Shown one piece after another: positions 11,673-23,873 of a stretch of 64,000 nt of DNA. The notes under the pieces were generated by a model. That model did not search any database. It was not told the origin of the DNA and saw only the letters and a program-made list of their open reading frames with translations. Within the stretch, counting starts at the first letter, position 1. Each line of letters begins with the position of its first letter. Source of the stretch: Epiperipatus broadwayi (lineage: Eukaryota > Animalia > Onychophora); the NCBI GenBank assembly GCA_028023455.1, contig JAQFVV010000005.1, positions 16,430,001-16,494,000 of the forward strand. Direction: 5' to 3'. The position numbers and the translations under genes are program-made.

Positions 11673-12242
11673 ACCAAAGTTGTATACTATCCATTTATTA
11701 TTATTATTATTCAACAATTGTAGCTTTTATCAACTAGAAAGAAAAATATTAAGATAAAATTGTGAAAATTTATTGTGAAAAATTTTAACCTTCTTACCGT
11801 GTTCATATTTGAAATATGGATAAAATTTATAATAAAGAAGATTACTTTTATTTTTATATATATATTTGATCAAATTTATATTTATCACGAGTTTCTTCCT
11901 CTTTTTTTTTACACAAACCGTTTTTTATATCTGTAATAATAATGTATACAATATTACAAAACAATACATATAATGTTAATAATACTAAACGATCACAACA
12001 TAAACCTTTTTCACATTTCTTCTTGTGAACAAAGAGAGCGAAATCTTGATTGCAACCATTTAAAATCTGCAGCCTTATAAGAACATTCTTTACAACGTAT
12101 ATGCATTTCATACTTATTTATCAATTTGAATTGTAATCCTAATACATTGCTGGATCTATAAATAGTAGTTTCTTCTGTTAACTTTCAACACCCTGTTATT
12201 CTAGAAATTAAAGAAGTTGAAGATAAATATTACTTATCTGGT

Positions 12243-12284
12243 CCAACTGATGATTGCTGGTTTAGCATAAAATACGAATGTTGG
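12243..12284 (+). ncRNA. Degenerate minimal type-I hammerhead ribozyme, copy 1 (probably inactive)
   Basis: CCAA-CTGATGA-TTGCT/GGTTT/AGCAT-[A]AA-ATACGAAT-G-TTGG: G12 mutated to A and G at position 17. Confidence 0.6.
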
Positions 12285-12716
12285 TGATTATTTATCTTTT
12301 CAACATATATGTGTTCAAGTGTATAAGTATTATGAGATAGTGTGGAGAGTGGTGGGTCGTGTGAAAGTCTGGGCTCATATACCCTATATATTACATATAT
12401 AGACACAGGTATATAATAAGCTTGTGTGTTTCAGTTATTACATAGTAGAGATGTCTGTCCATCCCTTGTATATGTATTAAATGGATTATGTCCTGTATAT
12501 GAGGGGTCAGATTGACCTTAGGTCAACATGGGTGTGACTAGAATCTCAGCCTCAGGATGGCCTTTGAGCATTCCATCATCAGATTTTTAATTGGATGGAC
12601 AGTTGAAGAGTTGGAGGGTGAAGTAGATTGAAGCCTGTCCATTAAAGTATGAGGTTTGGCTATCTTAATATATGTCTGAGCACTTATGGCATATATGTGT
12701 AGAGATGGTAATCTGG

Positions 12717-12760
12717 ACCAACTGATGACTGCTGGTTTAGCATGAAATACCTATATTGGT
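12717..12760 (+). ncRNA. Minimal type-I hammerhead ribozyme, copy 2 (catalytic core intact)
   Basis: Stem I ACCAA/TTGGT, CUGAUGA, stem II TGCT/AGCA, GAA, stem III ATACCTAT, AUA cleavage triplet. Closing pair of stem II is a C-U mismatch. Confidence 0.75.
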
Positions 12761-13870
12761 AATTATTTATCTTTTCAACATATATGTGTTCAAGTGTATC
12801 AATGTTATGAGATAGTGTGGAGAGTGGTAGGTCGTGTGAAAGTCTGTGCTCATATACCCTACATATTATCTTCATCACGTAGATGGTTTTATATATTTTA
12901 TAGGTTAATAGCATTGTTTAATAATTAACACATAAATCCGATTCACAATGTGATCAACATGATAATTAATATATCAAAAAATTAAGTTGACATTTAATTC
13001 ATTATTAGTGAAATTCTACAACTCAGTTTAATAAACGTATCAAATCCACTTGACATCAAAGTCTCAAGATGGCGTATCCAGCCTTGCTCCAACATAAGTT
13101 TTAACGCAATGCAGAGAATATTTCATATTAAAAGTCTCAATAAATATTTTGCAAACTGCATCTTCATTTATATTGTTTGATTAGTCAGGTATATAGTATT
13201 ACTGTGCTTTTATTTAATCACAATAGAACAATTTTTCTAAATTTTACTTTCTCCGCGTAATGAAAATTAATATAGCATAATAAAATTGTAATATTTAGGG
13301 TTAATTTTAAATAGTATTTCATGTAAAGTGAAGACATGTCATGCGTGTCTTATAAATTCAAAACAGCAATAAATGACATTAAATATCTCCTATCATAGTT
13401 CTGCTTATTTTTAAATTTATTTTAACTGAAAGTACGAAATAATTTTCTCTTTTCTTTCTTCTTGTTATCCCAAATAAATTACAAGTATTTTTATAATGCA
13501 CACAGTAAATATAATAATTAAAACATAAGATAAAGAGTAAAATTTCATGCTTACAAAGTTCTGAGTTAGTTTAAATTTGAAGTCCGTTTTGGTGGCTTTT
13601 TCTTCCAATATAAAAATACAAAAATATTTAATTTTATATGTTTTTCAGTTTTTAAGAGAATTATTTGGCTTTTTAAAAATTTAAATTTAATCATAAAATA
13701 GTGAAATTCCTTATAGATTTAAGTTTCTAAATAGTTCTATATGGTAGTGAAAAATGGACAACTGCTATATCAACAACCATTTAAAATCCAAAGCTGGAAT
13801 TAATATATTTATGCATGTAGAAGATCTCTTTTACTCAAGTCAGTAGTCTGAAATCCTAAAATTGATATCA

Positions 13871-14716
13871 TATGTAAATAACCATTTACTTTTTATATAG
13901 CACTATGTTTACAATTGTATTACATTTAAATATCAGCTTTTCAAGCTAATTGTACATGTGCTTTTTACGAGTGTTAATAATAAATGAATACTTTAATTTC
14001 CAACACAAGATATAGTATTTATGAAAGAATAAAATGAATCCATTTATTCTTTCCAACCCAAATGCTTATATATGGGCAAATCTTAAGTACTGGAAATCAA
14101 AGGGTGAGGATAGACCACTCACTTTAAATTACTATTTACGATGTCTGAATGAATGACGTCGGTGAAAGTGTAATCATATTTAAATAAGCATTTACTTTTT
14201 ATATAGTGCCATGTTTACAATTGTATTACATTTAAATATCAGCCTTTCAAGTTAATTGTGCATGCGCTTTTTACTTACGAGTGTTAATAATAAATGAATA
14301 CTTTAATTCCCAACACGAGATATAGTATTTATGAAAGAATAAAATGAATCCACCTATTCTTTCAATTCAAATGCTTATATATGAGCAAATCTTAAGTACT
14401 GGAAATCAAAGCGTGAGGATAGACCACTCACTTTAAATTACTATTTACGTTTAGTAAATTCTAGACAATTTCACCGACATCATTCATTCAGACATTGTAA
14501 ATAGTAATTTAAAGTGAGTGGTCTATCCTCACACTTTGATTTCCAGTACTTAAGATTTGCTCATATATAAGCATTTGAATTGAAAGAATAGGTGAATTCA
14601 TTTTATTCTTTCATAAATACTATATCTTGTGTTGGGAATTAAAGTATTCATTTATTACTAACACTCTGTAAAAAGCGCATGCCCAATTAGCTTGAAAGGC
14701 TAATATTTAAATGTAA
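13871..14716. mobile_element. TSD-flanked insertion of a 300-bp unit arranged direct-direct-inverted
   Basis: Units at about 13871-14170 and 14171-14450, inverted copy at about 14469-14716; 14-bp TSD taaaattgatatca (13857-13870, 14717-14730). Confidence 0.8.
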
Positions 14717-15859
14717 TAAAATTGATATCAATAAAATATATAGTAACTGACCTGAAGTTATATCTATACAACTATGCAAAACAATTGGTTTGGGACCAAA
14801 ATCTTAAGAGTTATTTTAATTTCAGTTAAGAGGTGGCCTCTAAATGCAAAAGTTCCAATTTTAAATTCCCAAATCATCAATGATAAAAACAAGAACCACA
14901 ACAAATAGAAGTATGCAGGTATTATGGCATTACCATCTCATATTCATTGATTACTCAAACTTATGGTAGATGGCTCTGTAGTAGGATAAAGAGTATTGCT
15001 CTTAGAGATATTATACAAGTATTTTATTATGTCTCATTCTCCAGAGATAAATTCTTAAGACTGTCACATGCTAAGCCCTCTCCTCTTTTAAATTGTGTCC
15101 ATGCTAATTCTCTTATGTTAAAGAGCTTTATCGCTAATATTCTCTGATATCTTCAATCTTTTATCAGTATTGTCCTCTATTGTAGTTTTAAGGGTTCTTC
15201 TCTTGATGGCCAATTATGGTTTTGGGGACAGTCTAGCTGGATGGACTCTATTAGCAGTTTTACTAACTTATTTATTTATACTGTTTTTAAAAGTTGTGGC
15301 ATCAGTATAAATTTATAAAAAAAAAAAAATACTAAATTAGTACAATTTTGTCATTAAAATCACGTCTCAGAATCATCTAATCATATCAGCTAAAATAATT
15401 ATCTCCTCTATTTAAATTTTCTCTTCATTTTCAATTTTTAACAAAGTGAAAGAAAGGCAGAGAATAAAAACTATTATGTTAAGCTATAATGAATCGTAAA
15501 ATACGAAAAAAAAAAAAGATTAATAAAGCGCTTAAATAAATAAATTAAATCCCATTTCTCATTTTAAAGATATTTAATTAAAACTGAAAATTTAAAATGG
15601 TTCTGTATATTAAAAAAAAAAAAGTTAATTAAGTATATAGAAAATACTATAATTCTTATATATGGAATACAATATGTGTGCATATTAATAATAATAATAA
15701 TCATCATCATCATCATCATTGTATGGTTTTATTGCTTGGAATTCATAAGAAGTTCGAATGCTGTAAATGGGTTCTAGAATCTGATACTCGACCATCGCAT
15801 TAAAGCATGCAGAGTTATGTACAAAAGAAAGAAGGAAAGTGCTCTTATACATTTAAAAT

Positions 15860-16330
15860 GCTATTTTCAAGTTTGTTTGTTTTTTTATTGGGGGGGGGGG
15901 GGTATCCGTACAACCGTATCTTAACTCCACAATATCACAACCCTCCATTAGTGTAAAAACTCAGACCACTCTCATTATGCGGACAGTTCATGGATAACCT
16001 TTGCTTGTCAGGTGACCAAGATCTCAAACACCTAGATCTGTATATTTGTATTGAAACTTAATATACTTCTATTGCACCCCTCTCACTAAATTGGGATTGA
16101 TTCTATACTACCTTTTGAATAAGTAATGGAAAAAATTCAAGCTATCAATACGGGCATGGATATTCTTGCGTTTGATATCTTTAACTCACCTGTTGAGTGT
16201 AGATTATTCGCAAAATGGTTACATAGTGAGGGGGAAGAGTCTGGGTCTCTATAAGGATGGATGGTTGTGATATAATAGAGCTGAGATGAGGAATACATTA
16301 ATAATAATAATAATAAAAACTTGAAAATTT
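15860..16330. repeat. Degenerate fold-back element containing a G13 run
   Basis: ttttcaagttt / aaacttgaaaa and atatcacaaccctcc / ggatggttgtgatat are reverse-complement pairs at symmetric positions; G run at 15890-15902. Confidence 0.5.
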
Positions 16331-17019
16331 AAAGTAATAATTTAATTTTTTTTTAAAAAAAAGTAAGCTATAACAATTAAACAAGCTTAGCTTCATATAA
16401 CCTTTGAACTTTTAGACTATAATAACGAGCAGACACAAATGGAAATTAGTAAATAATAAAAATGACGTTGAATTATACCAAAATTTCATTGTTTTTTTTT
16501 ATTATACCTCACTACAAAAACAACAGCACCAAAAAAAAAAAAATCTATCAATGTTAAAAAATATAGTCTAAAAATGTTTTTCTCCGCAATATTTATTTTA
16601 TAATGTAAAATCTGTAAGAATAAATTAAATTTCTATTATAAAACGTATGTAGAATAACATATAGAATTTTAAAAAACAAGGCAGATATTTTTAACGCTGT
16701 TAATAACATCAATATATCTTTTATTAAACTGTCAAAGCAAATGCAAATAACATATTAATTTCTAAAATAGTTAGATTAGCAGATGTCATTATTTTGTTCG
16801 TAGTTCATAAGCAATCTTACTAAGATTTCTCATGACCCTCTGTTAGGAATACTGATAAGTTATCATCAAACAAATAACATAAATAATTTTGTTATTATAA
16901 ACAATCGTGTTTTTTTAAATAATAATATTATACTAAAATATAATTTTTAATAATAAAAAAAAAGATTATATGTGTCGTGACGAAACAAAAAAATAAGTAA
17001 ATAAATTTTGTTATTATTA

Positions 17020-17122
17020 TTATTATTTTTTAAGTGTCATAGCATCAGCCGGGACGCGAACCCGGGCAACTGCCTGCAAGTGCAAGGCAGTCGCGCTGAC
17101 CTCTCGACCACCAAGGCAAGAC
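17020..17122 (-). mobile_element. Full-length short tRNA-derived SINE
   Basis: A-box-like TGGTCGAGAGG, B-box GGTTCGCGTCC, imperfect acceptor stem, trailer TATGACAC, A/AAT tail; 16-bp TSD aattttgttattatta (17004-17019, 17123-17138). Confidence 0.85.
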
Positions 17123-18096
17123 AATTTTGTTATTATTAAGAGACAAAATGTTATTTAATACAATTAATGTCATTTACAAAACTATAATCTTTTAAATAAA
17201 TTGAAAAATTTTGCTACTAGTTTATTTCCAATTAACAATCTCAAATGTATATTTTATATCTGCGAATCTCTACGACCTAGCAAGATTTAGTGCAGAATAT
17301 AGTCATGGAATAGAAAGCTAAACCTCATGCGATAACCCATTCAATTACTTTCAATTACCAATGAAAGACTTTGGTACTTCGCAAGTATAATTCACGGTAT
17401 CTTAAATTTAAAAAAAAAAACACATTTATTTACTTGTAGCTGTTTATTTAATAATAACAAAATCATTATTAAAACTACAGCCTTTCAAATGGGTTATATT
17501 AAATAACTGTCTACAAACATTGTTTATCTGAACGTGGAAAATAAAGCGCCAGTAATCACTGATGAATGAATGCATCTCTTAAGTGTATTGCCTAACCCGA
17601 TTCAGCATACTGCCTTGATATCGGCTATTTTCGTTTGGTTGAAAGTATCTTTCAGTATTTCTTTTTATGTGTGAGTTAGCCAATATTCTTTTTAAATTTG
17701 ATTTCTGAGGTATACCATATGGCTAGAATGACTTCTGAAAGTTAAAAATTGTAAATTCAGGATAAAAAATTTTCATCTCGAAATAGAACAAGATTTTCTT
17801 TGTGAAAGAAAAATACATTAGTAATATTTATTACATCATAAAGTGGTTTTGGCTGATAAACATTCTTCAGTTATTAGAGTCTGCTGCACTCTAACTAGCA
17901 AAATCAAAACTAAGGAAAGAAAAATTACAAATACATGTCACTAAAAAAAGTTTGTATATCTATATATAACATATCAGTAGCAGCAGTAGCCACTCACAAA
18001 TAAGTATGGCCATTCCAACTCAAATGCTAATAGTAATAACACTAGAAATGAATTTTGCAATGATTATACAAACCAATCTCTGCACTACAAATATAA

Positions 18097-18318
18097 CCAT
18101 GAGAAGAGATGATAATAGATTGACAATTGAAATTTTAAACTGGATTTCAAGAGATTGTAAAAGACCCAGAAAGAGACCACATGTGAGATGGGTGGATAAA
18201 ATAAGAAAGTGTGCATGGATGATGTGGAGAAGAGAAGCTAAAGATCGTAGAAGATGGATTAAACTTGGAGAGACCTTCATCCTGCAGGGATTGATAATGG
18301 TTGATGATGATGATGAAA
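18097..18318 (+). mobile_element. RTE-clade LINE 3' fragment
   Basis: Translates RRDDNRLTIEILNWISRDCKRPRKRPHVRWVD...AKDRRRWIKLGETFILQ (RTE ORF C-terminus); (GAT)n tail. Confidence 0.85.
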
Positions 18319-18599
18319 TAAAACATACTATCTATTTGTATTTTTATATTCGACTATTTCCATCATCTAATATGAGTATTGAAGGTCTTTATAAAAATTT
18401 AACTCTATTTAAATATTCTAAATACATTCAATTGTTAGTAATAGCACATCAAACAGGTTAGTATATGCACTATTGGTAATAGCATATCACAGTTGAATGT
18501 ATTTGGAATATTTAAATAAAGTTAAATATTTCTAAAGACATCAATACTCATATTAGATAATGGAAATAATTCAATATAAAAATACAACTAAAACACCAT

Positions 18600-19200
18600 C
18601 ATAAAAACCCTTAGGAAAATACTATCTATTTATTTGATATTTTGTAATGTTGTCTTTTAACATTTTTTTTACATTGAATATTTCTTTCTAAAAAACTTAT
18701 TTACACCATATCTAACTGTAGATTTCTAATGTATTCTATCCTAAGCTACATACTGCATTTCTTTACAATATCTTGGAGAAAGTATTTATAACATAAATAG
18801 GGATACCCTCTACCATCAATGTAAAATATTTTTTCAGGAAGTCTTATATTATTCATTCATTTCATATGTCTGACCCAATGATGGTATGATTTTATAATGG
18901 CAAATTAAAAAATATCACAACCAACATGCTGAAGAAATCATTAGTTGTACAATTTAGCCATTATATTTGTAGAACTGTATGGAAGATACTTTTCTAATAT
19001 CTTTAGACTTCAATAAGGGATCCAAAACTCATTTTTATATAATAATTTAGGTAATATAACAGTTCTATATATCTAATTTAGTTGCAATAATTATACCACT
19101 ATAATAAACTACCTTATCTTTTAATTTGTTAAAAGAAGTAGTAATATAATTGAGTCAGTGCTGCCCAATCAACATCTAAATCCACCTATTTAGAAAGATA
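18600..19200 (-). pseudogene. Heavily decayed LINE reverse-transcriptase fragment
   Basis: Broken-frame remnants including TVRYGV (GVRQG-like motif) with many stops. Confidence 0.3.
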
Positions 19201-19657
19201 TTTAAAGTGATTCAGATATTCAAGGTGAGCACCATACAAGCTTCCTTCTATGTAAATGCATTGAAGTATAGGAAATAAAAAAATGTAAAAGAACAAATTT
19301 CAGAAAATGCTTATTAACAAAAAACACCACAAAATCACATATAAAAAAAGGATATAACATTTACAAATAATGCTTAAAATTTTTTAATTCATCTTTTTTT
19401 AATATCCAAAATACCTTGTTTTACTTCTACTAAATTCACAAGACAGAAATATACAACAAAGTGAAAAAATGAAATTCATGAAAAACCTATCTTGTTATAT
19501 CCAAAATGAATACAAACACACATTTGCTTTTATTTTTCTTGTTGCTTTAACTTGCATTCTTATATTTAACAATTTAATTTTTCATTCTTATGTCTTAAAT
19601 AAATTGTTTTAACAAGTTTACAAATGCTTGAAAACAGAGCCTTGTAATTTAATAGAT

Positions 19658-20016
19658 ATCATCATCATCAACCATTATCAATCTACTGCAGGATGAAGGT
19701 CTCTCCAAGTTCAATCCATCTTCTCTGATATTTAGCTTCTCTTCTCCACATCACCCCTGCACACTTTTTTATTTCATCCATATATCTCACATGTGGTCTC
19801 TTTTGGGGTCTTTTACAATCTCTTGAAATCCGGTTTAAGATTTCAATTGTCCATCTATTACCATCTCTTCTAGCAATATGTCCAGTCCAACTCCACTTCA
19901 GTCTTTTAATTTTTTCAATGAGGTCAGTAACACCTGTTTGTTCTCTTACCCATATATTGTGTTTTTGATCTCTTCTTGTTACTCCCAACATGCATCTTTC
20001 CATACTTCTTTGAGAT
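19658..20016 (-). mobile_element. RTE-clade LINE 3' fragment
   Basis: ORF track: SQRSMERCMLGVTRRD...KWSWTGHIARRDGNRWT...RPHVRYMDEI; (GAT)n tail at 19658-19670. Confidence 0.9.
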
Positions 20017-20742
20017 ATAAATTTATTTAAGTATATATAAAGCAAATGTGTAATAATATCTGATGCATAACATAAGATTGGCCATGCTGAAGTGACTGGT
20101 TCAAGCTAATCTCACCATGGGGCATGTTCTTTAGAAATATTTGTTCTCAAATAAAAAAAAGTAATTCAATTTAAACTTAATTAATATATAAAAATCCAAT
20201 ATTGATTACTCAGGAGTCCATAAAAAATTCAACCAATGGAGGTGGCATAGATAGGCATGTGTCTGATCTCCAGAATCTATCATTCTTTCACTGCAGCAAA
20301 CCATGCAAGGAAAGGCAATAGCGAAGTAAAGGCTAATTACTTTTTATTTAAGATACAAATAAGAATTGAAAATTAGATTGTTAAACATAAAAATCTAAAT
20401 TAAAAGAAAGGAAAAGATATAAATAAATATATGTTTATGTTCAATATAGAAAATAGATATTTGATTCTCTTTTTTGCATAAAGTTATGTTCAGGACAGAT
20501 TATTCATTAATATCATCTGTAGTTTAGTATATAATTGTAGGTTACCTTGACAACAACCACATGATGAGTAGTTGAAACATAAATAAATAGAATGTTTATT
20601 TATGTTAATTTAGTAAAAATAAGAAAACATTTAGGAAGAAAAATTGAATTAAGAAGATTTATGAATTATCTATTTAAAAAATAGAACTAAATATGGAAAG
20701 AGAAATAGAATTTAGACATATAAATTTAAATTTGGAACATAT

Positions 20743-21310
20743 TATCATCATCATCATTGTTTCATCCATAATCAGACTATTGCAGGATGAAGTTTCTTAA
20801 TCCGGTTTATCTAATCAATATCTTTTTTTCTTCACACCACTCCAACAAATTTGCTTGCTTTATGAATTCATTTCACATGTAGTCTTTTTCTAGTTCTTTT
20901 ACAATCTCTTTGGATTCAGTTTAAGACTTCAACTTTCCATCAATTATCATTTCTTCTAGTAATATGTCCATCCATTCCATTTCAGTCTCTTAATTCTTTC
21001 ACTGATGTCAACACTACATTTGTTTACTTACACAAGTATTTCACTATAAATTCTTTTGTGTTAATCATCATACATTATAGAGTGGTCTGAAGTCTCTGTA
21101 TTACTCTTTTGTTAAAAGTTCAAGTCTCAAATCTATAATTAAAAATTGATAATATATATTTAAGAAAAACTTTTCAAATATATTTCTTTTAATGTCAAGT
21201 TCTTCCTTTCAAAAACATTCCATTCAAGTCTGATTCCATGATTGATTTCATCCATTATGCTTCCATTTGTGTGTCTGTGTGTGCATAATATATATATAAA
21301 ATATTCAAGA
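20743..21310 (-). mobile_element. Older RTE-clade LINE 3' fragment
   Basis: Homologous to 19658-20016; NGSIMDEINHGIRLEWNVF resembles the RTE EIxRRIxxGWxAF motif; (GAT)n tail. Confidence 0.7.
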
Positions 21311-23339
21311 AAGATATAAAAATATTCAAGTAAGATATAAGAGAAGACGATACATACTATCATATCATCAATTCATGCAATGGACTTGGAACAATAAGAT
21401 CTACTATTTATCAGAACATTATATCATTACAAGACTGCATTAAAAAAAAACAATTTCCACTCATTAGAATGTCAATTTTCATCACATATTCAATCTGGTA
21501 TGCGAGGTGCAAGAAAATGTATTCACAGCCTCCCATGATGAAAGATTGGGCTTTATACAATCACTGCAAAGGATAAAACAAAGAGATAAACTTCTATCAT
21601 CAAAATTTATTTATGAGGAGTCATGGAAGCTATTCCATACACCTATGAACTTTATATCACAAGGACTATCTCAACATCGATCAACTTCAAATCATATGGG
21701 CTAATTCCAGATTCATCTAATATGCAATTGTAACGCATAGTGATCTATTTATGTTTTGAGATAATGTAACCTTGTTTAGCCTAAATAAAAATTATTTACA
21801 GATATAACATATATATTATATCGTAAAATAGATATGGGTAATAAATATTTATGAAGTAGTGAAATCTGTTAAATTCTTAATTTAAAGTTATATTCTTAAT
21901 TTAAAATTAATATAAAATTAAAACAAAGGAAATAAACACTATAAATATATATCCTTAATTTAGCAGATATAAATTTATTATTTGAAAACGCATATTTTTT
22001 TCCTCCTATCTTTTCTTGATGATGGATTATAATTTTTTATCTATATTTAATGTTTGCTTTGTTATACTGTTGATTAAAAAAATAATAACCAACAGTAAAT
22101 AATAAAATATAATGAATAATTTATTATTAGTTCAAATGGAATTCATGCACCGGAAATGTCATAAGTGGAATCAAACTGAGAACCTTGAGTTCTGAAATCT
22201 GTCAATCTACCACTATATTAAAACATGCAGAACACCAATAGTCATAAGATAAAGCAGTCTTTAGATATCCACTGTAGGCCAAAGGTCTCCGCTACTCCTC
22301 ATAGAAAATCAATAAAGACAATGACAGTACTCACCAAAACTCTCAGTTATTGGATAATAAATTTTTTTAGCTGTTTTCTATTTTATTTGCTTTCTAAATA
22401 AGAGAAATAGATACCCACTTTCTAACCAATATTAGATGATTATCTGGGTTGCCTATAGGTTATCTATCTAAAGAAAAAATATTAAGCCTAATTAGAATTA
22501 GGAAAAATCTTCAAATTTTATCTGATCAGGATTTAAATCTAGGCCATCAGGTCAAGTGAATGCATTATCTTAGCATGATAAATCCCTTAAAGATGACAGT
22601 ATATATATATAAATTGTTTTTAAAATTAATAAATTTGTTGATTCAAACAAAGTACAATATTAAACTTAAATACAAACATACATATAATATAAACAAAAGT
22701 AATTCTCTACTCTAGCGTTCATGTTTATTTAACTTGTAAACAATCAAGGATTATATCATATTGTGTAAGTTAAAGTATCATATAATATTATGTGCTACAT
22801 GCAATTGTAAACAGAAAAGATCTGATTCCAACACTAATGACATAACAGATGTAATCCTATCTTTGAGTGTTGAGCAATTAACCCTTGATAGTAGTATTAT
22901 TGTTACCTATTTATTTAATCAGAAGCTTCAGGAAAAAAAAATATCTGTATATAAATTAAACAGCTTTTAAGTAGTCGACTACAAGGAAAAAACTCTCCAA
23001 CATAAACATTATTTATTAGGTTTGCAATTGCCATGTCAATTTAAGCATTTTTATGCTTGTTTTGCCCTCCTAAATAAATCTAACTAGATACCTATTTACT
23101 TACCAATAATTAATGATAATGGGTGATTTATAAACTACTTATATAAAAAAAATTCTAAGCCTTAACTAAAACATGAAATTAGCCATGGTTTTCCCAGCTT
23201 AAATTCAAATCAAGGTTATGAGAGTTGCAAATATATGCATTCCATTACACAAAGAGATTCTTCCTGTATAGATATATATAACAACATAATTAATTATAAA
23301 ATGTCATAATAGAATAAACAATATTGCTCCTTATACTGA

Positions 23340-23819
23340 TCTACCCAGAATCATCATCCTTTCATTCCCAAAATTTCGAACAGGATAACTAAAGCATTAA
23401 CCAATAAATTTAAAATCAGATTCAGAACTCGGCCTAACTCTAACAGATTAATCATCAACTCAAAAAATCATATTGATCAATTGCTCACCCCACGTGTTGT
23501 ATACTCCATATCTTGCCCTCACACCAGATGCCATGCCACATATTACAGTGAAACCAAAGCAACCATCAACACCAGACTCACTCAACACCTATATACTTAT
23601 AACAGAGCTAAAAAAAGAAAGAATAATTCAACATCTGTATTTTTGGAACATGTCAAAAACTCTGGGCATGACTTTACAACTGCCAATCCTGTAATTTTAT
23701 GCACAGAATCTAATGATTACAAGACAAAAATCAAGGAAGCATTCTACATTCATGGAAATATTCACACCATTAATAGAAAGGATACATGCTTCGAGATTTT
23801 GAAGAAATGGGCCACGTAA
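23340..23819 (+). pseudogene. Penelope-like element 3' fragment: RT-EN linker and GIY-YIG endonuclease
   Basis: 160 open codons: PFIPKISNRITKAL...VVYSISCPHTRCHATYYSETK...RLTQH...EHVKNSGHDF...ILCTE...KIKEAFYI...INRKD, the typical PLE GIY-YIG pattern (YIGET reads YYSET here). Confidence 0.85.
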
Positions 23820-23873
23820 CACACCATTAATTTAAATATTTTTGCCCATATTTTCCTACATGTGTTTTATTAT

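Larger units (their letters stand above)
12232..12870 (+). mobile_element. Partial tandem (about 1.35 units) of a 475-nt hammerhead-bearing non-coding repeat (retrozyme or PLE pseudo-LTR-like)
   Basis: 12232-12395 repeats at about 12707-12870; CTGATGA cores at 12247 and 12722 are 475 nt apart; the unit body is homologous to 34720-35340 and 49695-49854; no recognisable ORF. Confidence 0.75.

Noticed and set aside
17036-17117. Functional tRNA gene
   Set aside because: Irregular anticodon arm, A-rich tail, TSD and several diverged copies indicate a SINE.
20190-20340. Host exon on the minus strand
   Set aside because: DQTHAYLCHLHWL resembles the DHITPxLxxLHWL motif of L2/CR1 LINE ends, so a decayed TE is more likely.
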